From sequence record NC_031126.1: a DNA stretch of 64,000 bases. One strand, written 5' to 3'. This document shows, piece by piece, positions 56,320-64,000 of this stretch. A program made the translations under genes and the position numbers. The number at the start of each line of letters is the position of its first letter. Position 1 is the stretch's first letter. Under the pieces are notes generated by a model. That model searched no databases and was not told the DNA's origin. It saw nothing but the letters and a program-made list of their open reading frames with translations.

Positions 56320-58431
56320 ATGATTCTACGCGAGTCGGACTGGGGCTACTATCCGGGAGCCATTGTCGACGATACAACACGCAACACGCACTTTATTCGG
56401 TTTGCGGACAGCTTACGTAAGTTGGGTGTAAAGCACTGGTATTTGGTACTTGCATTACACAATCCGGAACTGCAAGGTATTAATCCCCACGCGCCCGATT
56501 TGACTTTACAGCAACAAGGGATGATTGTTGAGGAGTGTGCAGAGAACCCATGGTACTACCTGCGTGAATGTGTGCGAGTGCCTGCGGATGGTACCGATGG
56601 TGTGCCGTTCAAGATTGACCGTGGTAACTTTGCGATGTTCTGGATTTTCTTCAACAACATCGACTCCGGTATCGAGTTCCTCCGTCAGCACGGTAAGACG
56701 GTCGGTATGTGTTCCCTGATGAGCTGGCTGCTGCGTTTCCTGGAGAAGTCACGTACCATTCTGGTTACCAAAGGGCCTGTGCTGCGCGAGGAAACTATTA
56801 CCAAGCTGAAAGAGCTGCGCAATAGCTTACCGAAGTATCTGTGGCCAGTACATCCGGATGACCCAGATAACAAAGAAGCCTTTGCGTGCATGGCGCAGGG
56901 TAACAAACTGATTACGGCCATCGGTCAGAACGATGAACAATCGGCAAACGGTGTGGGGCGTGGCTTAACAGCCGGTCGTCTGTTCTCGGATGAAGGCCCC
57001 TTCACCAACAATATCCACATCATCTTACCTGCGGCACTGGCATCCGGTACGGCGGCACGTAACATCAACGAAGCTAACGGTGTACCTTACGGTAACGTGT
57101 TCGCTACAACACCTGGGGACTTAGCAACACCGGAAGGCGCGTACATGTACGAGCTGATGAACTCCGGCATCGTTTGGGATGAACGTTTTATCGATATCCC
57201 AACACGCGAACGTTTAATCGCGTTGATTCTGAAGAACTCCATGCGCCCGAAAATGCCGCGTGTCATGTTCTACGTTAAGTTCAACCATCGTCAGTTAGGC
57301 ACCTCGGATGAGAAACTTGCTGCGATGATTGCCAACGCCACCGGTAGTGGTGATCAGATTCGTCGTGACTTTGGTGGTGAATGGACAACGGGTGGTTTCA
57401 ACAAACCTTTCTCGGGTGAAGATGCGAAACGTATGAACGGGTCTCGTATCCGTCCTGTGTTCAAGGATGTCAGTCCCTCGAACTACATCACTGACTGGTT
57501 CTACAAAGAAGAAGACATGACTATCAAACTCCAGGATCGGCATATCCTCGGACTCGATACGTCAGAAGCGGTTGGTCGCGACGCCATCGCAATGTCTATT
57601 GTTAACTCCGTGACTGCCGAGTATGCGGGTAAGTTAACCATCAACGAAACCAACGTTATCGGCTTTGCCATTCACTTGGCAGAGTTCATGATACGTTATC
57701 CAAACACTGTTCTGATTCTGGAGCGTCGTTCTACCGGGTCATCCGTGGCCGATGCAATTATTCTCCAGATGCAGTCCAAGGTACCGGACTTGCATCGCCG
57801 TCTGTATGTGAAGATTACCCAAGACTACAGTCGTAACGACGAATTGTATAAGGAGTACGCACGCGGACCAGGAAACAGACCAGAAATCTTCTGGGACAAA
57901 TTCCGCAAATATATCGGTTTTGCGACCGATGGAGAAAAACGTAAGAAATTATATGGTGAGGTATTCACCATGGCCCTGCGACTCTCGGCACACCTGTTGC
58001 GCAGCGGCGAATTGATCGACCAAATCCTGAGCCTAGTCGAGCGGAACGGACGTATCGACCACCAACGGTCCGGCCACGATGACTTAGTCATTTCGTGGCT
58101 ACTGGCGATGTGGTTACTAATCTTCGGCAAGAACTTAAACCATTACGGGATAAGTAATAACCGACTGATGATTCGTAACCGTAACATGCTTACGGGCGAT
58201 GGAATAGACAAGGACGAGGACGCACAGGTCGAGCAAGAGGAGCGGCAACAAGAACTGATGGGGGAAATCGAATCCGTCATGAAACAAATGGTAGGGGTTA
58301 CCTGCCCTGTTCGCCATATGTCCATTCACGCGCGGTTGCAATCCCTTATCGATCAACTCGAAACTGACGTGAGAAACGTCGCATCGATGGAAAGCTTGAA
58401 AGAGCTTATCCAGCGCCAGAGGATGAAGTGA
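56320..58431 (+). CDS. terL: Terminase large subunit
   Basis: ENPWYYLRE, Walker A RQHGKT, Walker B LFSDEGPF, nuclease ILGLDTS and HDDLVISW. Confidence 0.92.
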   Translation: MILRESDWGYYPGAIVDDTTRNTHFIRFADSLRKLGVKHWYLVLALHNPELQGINPHAPDLTLQQQGMIVEECAENPWYYLRECVRVPADGTDGVPFKIDRGNFAMFWIFFNNIDSGIEFLRQHGKTVGMCSLMSWLLRFLEKSRTILVTKGPVLREETITKLKELRNSLPKYLWPVHPDDPDNKEAFACMAQGNKLITAIGQNDEQSANGVGRGLTAGRLFSDEGPFTNNIHIILPAALASGTAARNINEANGVPYGNVFATTPGDLATPEGAYMYELMNSGIVWDERFIDIPTRERLIALILKNSMRPKMPRVMFYVKFNHRQLGTSDEKLAAMIANATGSGDQIRRDFGGEWTTGGFNKPFSGEDAKRMNGSRIRPVFKDVSPSNYITDWFYKEEDMTIKLQDRHILGLDTSEAVGRDAIAMSIVNSVTAEYAGKLTINETNVIGFAIHLAEFMIRYPNTVLILERRSTGSSVADAIILQMQSKVPDLHRRLYVKITQDYSRNDELYKEYARGPGNRPEIFWDKFRKYIGFATDGEKRKKLYGEVFTMALRLSAHLLRSGELIDQILSLVERNGRIDHQRSGHDDLVISWLLAMWLLIFGKNLNHYGISNNRLMIRNRNMLTGDGIDKDEDAQVEQEERQQELMGEIESVMKQMVGVTCPVRHMSIHARLQSLIDQLETDVRNVASMESLKELIQRQRMK

Positions 58432-58658
58432 TGACCGAACTTTATTACCTTGCAGTCGTAATCCTGTGGATCGCACTGTTTATGTGCATACGCCACATGT
58501 ACGGTGTGGTGATTGACCACGCTACTAAGAACAATATCTCACGCATGGCTACCAGACGTTCGCTGACGTTTGTAGTTGGGTGCATGATGATGTTTGGTTC
58601 CGCAGCAACCTATGGGATGAGTCACGTATATACGTTACATCAACTGTCTGTACTGTAA
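58431..58658 (+). CDS. Small two-TM membrane protein
   Basis: TGATG coupling to terL, two hydrophobic helices. Confidence 0.6.
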   Translation: MTELYYLAVVILWIALFMCIRHMYGVVIDHATKNNISRMATRRSLTFVVGCMMMFGSAATYGMSHVYTLHQLSVL

Positions 58659-58664
58659 AGCTGG

Positions 58665-58724
58665 CAAAAAATAAAGAGAACTAGGTACCTACCCGTCGCG
58701 GGGTAGGTACCTATTATCTTTTTT
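58665..58724. terminator. Bidirectional terminator
   Basis: TAGGTACCTACCC-GTCGCG-GGGTAGGTACCTA flanked by A and T tracts. Confidence 0.85.
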
Positions 58725-60096
58725 AACTTGCAATACCGCGAATCAAGAAATACAACAAGAGTGCATTACGTACCGCAGCCAATGCTGCGTTATTGGTCAA
58801 GTGCGTTTCTTTTTTCACTAACTTCTCGATGCGTTCACGCAACGACAGAACATATTCGTTGGTGGTCTTCGATGACTGATACAGGGCACGCATACGGTTC
58901 AGCAAGAACGCCACGTCTTTGAAGTTGATGCGGTTGGACACAATCAAATCGAAGGCGTGGGCCAGAGCATCCTCCATAATCGACTCCATGTCTTTGCGAG
59001 TCTTGCCCAACGGTTGGCTGGCGATGTACACCAACACCGTCTTCATGGCCACTGGGGATGCCTTAGGCACCATCTCTAGACATACGCGGGCTAACTCCTC
59101 CTTGTAGAAGTTGTTAATGTCCCACGAGGCATCCAAGAGTGTTTGCTTGGCGGTGTTCAATGCGGTCACTTTATCGCGGATGATAGTTTCACCATCGAGA
59201 TCAATCTTCGACGATTGATTTACCACGCGCGAGTTCTCACGACGCACCCGGTCAAGTACCGCGTAGTAGTCTTTCACCGTTTGTTTGGTACGGGTGTTCA
59301 AGTCGGTGATAAAACGGATCAGCAGGTCGGGGTGGTTGAACGCTTTCACTTCGTTATAATGCGGTGATTCCTTCGAAACGAAATACTCCGCTCGTTCAGT
59401 CAGGTGTTGTCCCCAGTTACCCATACGGCGGATGTCGAACTTCAATGACAACTGTGAGTATGCTGCATCAGCGGCATTCATATCCACCGGCTTTGGGAAG
59501 AAGTGATAGTAGATACTGGAGTAAAATTTGAACTGGAGTAGCTTCACCAAATCGACACAGGCGTTGTAGATATTTCGATCAGCGAACAGGGGCATCATGC
59601 GATGTACCATGTAAGTAATCGCCAGATTGAACGTGTTACCGGCTACCGCCCATTCGCCGTTAATGGTTTTGGTTTGGTCGATGTTGGCCTGCAATAAATC
59701 CTCGTCAACCTCCAGCACCTGGTCGAACAGTTTGTTTCTGTCGCTGTCAAAGAACCGAATGGTGTGAACCCCTAAAAGGTTTGAACCAAACCATTCAACG
59801 TTACCTTCACGGCTGAATATCCCATCCACGTACGAACGTATCGCGGTGGCCAGGCGTTTATCGAACGTAACTTTCTTAAAGGCATCGTCAAAGGCTTTGC
59901 GCAGCGCATCGGTTTTAATGGCTTCTGATGCGACTATCTGCCGGGTGGGTAAATATCCACCAAATCCGTAATCGTAATAGAGGCCATCACCTTCATCATA
60001 CTCGTCATCAAAGAATCCACGACGGGCTTCTTGGGCGACTTGTCCACTGGACTCTATATACATGCCTTTGTCGAAATCAAATATTAATTCTGACAT
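58723..60096 (-). CDS. Probable head protein with acidic N-terminal propeptide
   Basis: GAGG RBS, AQE at 21-23 and ASE at 56-58 bracket an acidic Tyr/Gly-rich N-terminus. Confidence 0.65.
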   Translation of the reverse strand: MSELIFDFDKGMYIESSGQVAQEARRGFFDDEYDEGDGLYYDYGFGGYLPTRQIVASEAIKTDALRKAFDDAFKKVTFDKRLATAIRSYVDGIFSREGNVEWFGSNLLGVHTIRFFDSDRNKLFDQVLEVDEDLLQANIDQTKTINGEWAVAGNTFNLAITYMVHRMMPLFADRNIYNACVDLVKLLQFKFYSSIYYHFFPKPVDMNAADAAYSQLSLKFDIRRMGNWGQHLTERAEYFVSKESPHYNEVKAFNHPDLLIRFITDLNTRTKQTVKDYYAVLDRVRRENSRVVNQSSKIDLDGETIIRDKVTALNTAKQTLLDASWDINNFYKEELARVCLEMVPKASPVAMKTVLVYIASQPLGKTRKDMESIMEDALAHAFDLIVSNRINFKDVAFLLNRMRALYQSSKTTNEYVLSLRERIEKLVKKETHLTNNAALAAVRNALLLYFLIRGIAS

Positions 60097-60118
60097 GCTA
60101 AACCTCTAAATTTTTACG

Positions 60119-60138
60119 GATAGATATTATCCTTGTGA
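60119..60138 (+). promoter_or_regulatory. Putative early promoter GATAGATATTATCCTTGTGA
   Basis: Copy of the 20-bp motif, 24 nt before ATG 60163. Confidence 0.65.
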
Positions 60139-60162
60139 CTATACCATAAGGAGTTTTAAGCC

Positions 60163-61290
60163 ATGAATAACTTACAACGCAAAGCTGTATGGCGTCGACG
60201 GTACGCCACCCCCGGTTATGACCGCACAAAGTCTGTTACCATGTGGGTATTACCACACGGCTGCATGTGTACCTTGCAGCAAGTTGGGGGTCAACCTATC
60301 CTGGATAATGGAACGTATTCAGCAGCGAATACGCTGCTGGCGAATCTGTTGAATGAAGCCGGTATTACCGGTTCGGTGATTGTTTACTCCACCGAAGTAA
60401 TTCCACAGAACACATCACGTTGGCTCACCTGGTGGATGTCCACCAACCCAACGCTTGATGATCCGCTTTTACGGACTATCACGGTGACATCGTTTGGGCA
60501 AGTTCCGAAGAAGATCCTGCCATTCCATGTCAATGTGATTGAGCCGTTAAACTTACGGGCATGTGATGTATTGGACACCATCCGTACACAGTCCCGTAAT
60601 CCTGCGGTATCTATCTTCATTCTTGAAGAAGATGGCGTGAAGTACCGGATGGAACCCGAAAGACGAATGGATGCCAAGGTGATCGATTGCACTAAATACG
60701 GGTACGTGCTACGTACTCCATCGAATCACGTCTTCCTATCGTCTATGGTTTCCCGTCGCGTACAGGGACAGTTGGCCCAGCACGGCCTGCGTCCCGAAGA
60801 CCTTATCGGTGCTACCGTAAAGGTCGAGTACACAATGTTCACAGACGGCAATCGCTTATGCAATTACAAGTCACCCATTGTGTACCGCTGCGTGTCACTC
60901 GATAACATGAGTGACGGAATCGTCCCCCCATACCATGGCCCCTATCTGTTTATATCGAACACCCCGGAGGAAAAGGCGCTGCTGACCGCCACCCGTTGTG
61001 GTCGTGCGAAAATAAACGTTTTTGATGGGGCACTTGTGGGGCGTGACGATGAGACCGACTTGAATCTGTTCGCCTTCCGTAAAGGAGCGGAGGAGGGGTT
61101 GTATTCTGCAACCTTAGAACGTGATGGCAAGACGGAAGAATGGCGTTTCGATTCTGACTTTGCGATAGATGCCCTTGATCCTGAGGCTTTTATCCGTTGT
61201 GTGGACAGCAATCTGTTTTACGCAACCGGGTATAACGTCGTGAAGATTGGTCTCCGATACGTCGATCATACACAGTCGCCGATATCATAG
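60163..61290 (+). CDS. ATP-dependent DNA ligase-like fold lacking KxDG (putative pseudo-ligase)
   Basis: AAGGAG RBS. Colinear resemblance to minimal viral ligases, including an OB-fold end LIGATVKVEY..TDG...PIVYR. Confidence 0.5.
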   Translation: MNNLQRKAVWRRRYATPGYDRTKSVTMWVLPHGCMCTLQQVGGQPILDNGTYSAANTLLANLLNEAGITGSVIVYSTEVIPQNTSRWLTWWMSTNPTLDDPLLRTITVTSFGQVPKKILPFHVNVIEPLNLRACDVLDTIRTQSRNPAVSIFILEEDGVKYRMEPERRMDAKVIDCTKYGYVLRTPSNHVFLSSMVSRRVQGQLAQHGLRPEDLIGATVKVEYTMFTDGNRLCNYKSPIVYRCVSLDNMSDGIVPPYHGPYLFISNTPEEKALLTATRCGRAKINVFDGALVGRDDETDLNLFAFRKGAEEGLYSATLERDGKTEEWRFDSDFAIDALDPEAFIRCVDSNLFYATGYNVVKIGLRYVDHTQSPIS

Positions 61291-61299
61291 GAGTGCGTT

Positions 61300-61809
61300 A
61301 TGTTCACTGCACCGACAATCAGTTCCGTACAGGAGTTGCGTGTAGTCTGCCAGGACAATCGTCTCGCTCAGCTATGCGACGAAGGCATCATTACTGCAAT
61401 GATGAGCTATAACCCGAATGGAAACTACAGTAATACAGTCGAAATACTGACCGTGGCCGCTGTCCTGAAACGGTTGAAAGGTAACCTCACTGTTGAGAGC
61501 CTTTGCATGTTCCTGGACAACCACGGTGCAATAGCCAAAGGTATGTTGGCATTAGTGCAAGACGGAGTGTCTACTTTCGATAACAGTATTGGTAACTTCC
61601 TGGACATCAGTTCCGGATTCGAAAATGGCAAGTTCTTCGTAAGCAAAGAGCGGTACGATAGTGTATGGACTTATCTGGGGATGTGCGGTGTTGCCGTTCC
61701 TCAGGGAGTCCGAAACTTTCAGCTGTACGACATCAACGTCTTCGGCGAACCAGGACTCTGGATTGAGCCGGTTACCTTAGGTCTTGATGGCTACAGCATC
61801 CGTGCTTGA
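61300..61809 (+). CDS. Hypothetical protein
   Basis: AGGAG RBS. Confidence 0.7.
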   Translation: MFTAPTISSVQELRVVCQDNRLAQLCDEGIITAMMSYNPNGNYSNTVEILTVAAVLKRLKGNLTVESLCMFLDNHGAIAKGMLALVQDGVSTFDNSIGNFLDISSGFENGKFFVSKERYDSVWTYLGMCGVAVPQGVRNFQLYDINVFGEPGLWIEPVTLGLDGYSIRA

Positions 61810-61814
61810 TAACT

Positions 61815-61850
61815 AACCTGTACTGCTTCGGCAGTACAGGTTTTATTTTA
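61815..61850 (+). terminator. Intrinsic terminator
   Basis: AACCTGTACTGC-TTCG-GCAGTACAGGTT plus T tract. Confidence 0.88.
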
Positions 61851-61875
61851 TTTATTTCACCATTGAGGATTAACC

Positions 61876-62403
61876 ATGTATCAAATCGTTGACATCATCG
61901 ACATCATGACTGGAAACTACGACCACTGCCAGACCTGGAAAGATATGGAGTTGGGTACGAAGGCAGTTTTAGATGTTGGACACCGATATAAAAATACACC
62001 GGTGCTCGTTTGGAGTGTGGATGGTGTGGCTCAAGATTTCCAACTGTTGGAACTGAACGGTGATAAACTCTTTATCTACCTCAGAGAGCCCTTCACAGAG
62101 GCTGTAAGCGACGAACTCAAGAAAGTCTTACACCTGCAACCACTGGTAGAGAAAAACGCCGTGTACGCCGTTGTGGACGTCGAGTTCGTGTCTGAAGAAT
62201 ACCGGGCGGATATGGTCAGCATGAAAGTGCCTGATGAAGTTCGCAACAACCCAGCGTTCCAGGAAACATTTGGTGAGCTGATTAAGTATCAGCCCGCAGG
62301 TACCGACATGATTGTGGTGATACCTTACACCGAAGAAGCTATGGCGGAGATGTTGCCAATGGGATGGGTTATCATGGACTACGTTTACTCACTAGACGTA
62401 TAA
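61876..62403 (+). CDS. Hypothetical protein
   Basis: GAGGA RBS. Confidence 0.7.
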   Translation: MYQIVDIIDIMTGNYDHCQTWKDMELGTKAVLDVGHRYKNTPVLVWSVDGVAQDFQLLELNGDKLFIYLREPFTEAVSDELKKVLHLQPLVEKNAVYAVVDVEFVSEEYRADMVSMKVPDEVRNNPAFQETFGELIKYQPAGTDMIVVIPYTEEAMAEMLPMGWVIMDYVYSLDV

Positions 62404-62424
62404 TACCAATTAACCTGAATTAAT

Positions 62425-62457
62425 AAAACCGGGGAGCTTCGGCTCCCTGTTTTTTTT
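62425..62457 (+). terminator. Intrinsic terminator
   Basis: GGGAGC-TTCG-GCTCCC plus T tract. Confidence 0.85.
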
Positions 62458-62799
62458 GTTCCGAGCCTTGGTACTGCTCACTTTTTAATCAACAATTGGT
62501 TACAAAATAGCCAGTGCGAAATAGCTCCTAGAATCGCTCAGAAGGCAACGATAACCTAACCCGGTACACTTGGGTTCCCAAGGGTGAGATAATGCATTAC
62601 AGCGCCATACAGGAACGATAAGCGCTATCGTCGACCCGGTGTTCCGACCACGATGCCCGTCGTCGAGGCCGAATCGCCGATCTAAAACTGGGTACCGCTT
62701 TGCGGAATTGGAGATTTAAAACAGGGAAATCTGACAAACGAATCTTGGTGAGTTTGTCCTGGATTTGGTTACTTTTTAACCGATTACACTGCCAGCCTT

Positions 62800-63070
62800 C
62801 AGCTGGCTAAGTTTTAATCACTTTAAAAAAATTCTCTTTTAAAAACAGTTACTTACATTCTATCTACCCTACCCCTCCGGGGGTAGGGAAAAGATCCCTT
62901 CTATTAGTCGCGACGCGCAGGCGCGCCATTTCCTACAGGATCTTTTAAAAGAATATATTTATATTAATTATAATTATCCCGTAGGGATAATAATTAAATA
63001 TAATTAAAACTAATAAACTCTTTGAGTTATAAATTACTATCGCGGGCGTGTGGGCGCGCACGAGTCCTTA
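62800..63070. other. Palindrome-rich AT core flanked by CG boxes, candidate replication origin or packaging site
   Basis: 62941-63040 is 85% AT by count, several inverted repeats, no ORF. Confidence 0.45.
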
Positions 63071-63802
63071 GCTTGCCGTTGACCTGGTTAAAAAATAACC
63101 AGCGGAAATCCAATTACAGATTTTCCCAGTGTTATGCTCGATGGCATGACTCGACCCATGTCGTCATCCAAACCCCTGGTCGGTAAGTTTGGCCAGGGGA
63201 CTTTTCGAGCCCACCTCACGACAGGGTGAGACGCGCTTACTGGCGATGGTTGCCGGGTACGGTCCCGCTGTGCTGATCCCGCAGCGGGTATTTTTCTCAT
63301 CCTGCACTGGATTGCTGTGTTCGCCTCGGTACGCGGGGCGCTTTTTCGAGAGTCCTCACCAGGGTTGTCGACAAAGCGAAAATACGTTCGACCTAACACC
63401 GACGTGATTTTGTTTTAGTATGTTCAAGCGTTTCAGGTTCCAGTCGGGCTTTCACCCCGTACCGGTACCGCGGTAGCCCCAGGCAGAGCCTTGCCCTGGC
63501 GGACCGTCATCCGTCGTCCTTGCCGGTGAACTTACCACTGGCCTATCGTCGGTGAGCGTTCTCCTGGGGTGCGACCGAATTCGGCGTTGCGTCGAAAAAC
63601 TCCCAGCGTGTAGAACCGCTGGGTTGGGGGGATATCTCCGAAGCGAGGTGGTCCATTGGTCTTGGCGGCTCGGAAAGACGAGAGGGGGGTGTCTGCACTC
63701 TGTGAAGCGTTCGGACATCGCTGAACCAAATTCGGATTATTTTTTACAGGTTGGGGTGTTCTTGTGTTCGAACCCAACTTGCCAACACCAGGGAAAATAA
63801 TC

Positions 63803-63988
63803 ATGTCACTGACACCAGAACAAAAACGACGCAAGGCCGAAGAGCTACGACGTCGGGAACAGAACATGCGTGGCGGCTCGATGTCGTACTACGTCGACCA
63901 AAGCGACGACATGGTCGAAGCGCACACCACCCCTTCCAGCCCAAGTAGCTGTGATTCCGGCTCGGATAGCGGCGGTAGCTGCGACTGA
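63803..63988 (+). CDS. Small protein with Ser/Gly/Asp/Cys low-complexity tail
   Basis: ATG at 63803 after GGGA, basic N-terminal helix, ends SSCDSGSDSGGSCD. Confidence 0.55.
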   Translation: MSLTPEQKRRKAEELRRREQNMRGGSMSYYVDQSDDMVEAHTTPSSPSSCDSGSDSGGSCD

Positions 63989-64000
63989 CCAGGAGGTCTC

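Noticed and set aside
63088-63407. Overlapping ORFs 63088..63399 (-) and 63189..63407 (+) as genes
   Set aside because: No RBS, atypical composition, mutually overlapping.
1-64000. CRISPR arrays, tRNA/rRNA genes, IS elements, homing endonucleases, stop-codon reassignment
   Set aside because: No spaced direct repeats, cloverleafs, transposase or HNH/LAGLIDADG motifs were seen by eye. Core genes read through at expected lengths with the standard code. tRNAscan was not run.

Overview
64 kb segment of a phiKZ-related (Chimalliviridae-type) jumbo myophage, probably infecting an enterobacterium. From memory, the gene order resembles the Salmonella phage SPN3US block from about the RNase H gene to just past terminase. 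Recognisable core genes: DEDDh exonuclease, RNase HI, UvsX/RecA, four pieces of the split virion RNA polymerase, thymidylate synthase, MazG, tape measure with a lytic transglycosylase domain, prohead protease, tail tube and sheath, baseplate-region proteins, terminase large subunit, and HAD and HD phosphohydrolases. There are many intrinsic terminators and three recurring promoter-like motifs. The strongest unexplained signals are mimics or pseudo-enzymes: (1) a standalone 69-aa gene ending in the redox-active C-terminal tail of host-type ribonucleotide reductase NrdA (CxSGACKI); (2) a MazG paralogue with all five core acidic residues replaced; (3) an ATP-dependent-ligase-fold protein lacking the catalytic lysine; (4) a ThyA carrying the same insert module at two sites. 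Items 1, 2 and 4 lie in one nucleotide-metabolism block with NADAR and CYTH genes. A ~1.4 kb intergenic region near the right end holds an origin-like AT-rich core. All family calls come from motif recognition by eye; no database search was run.
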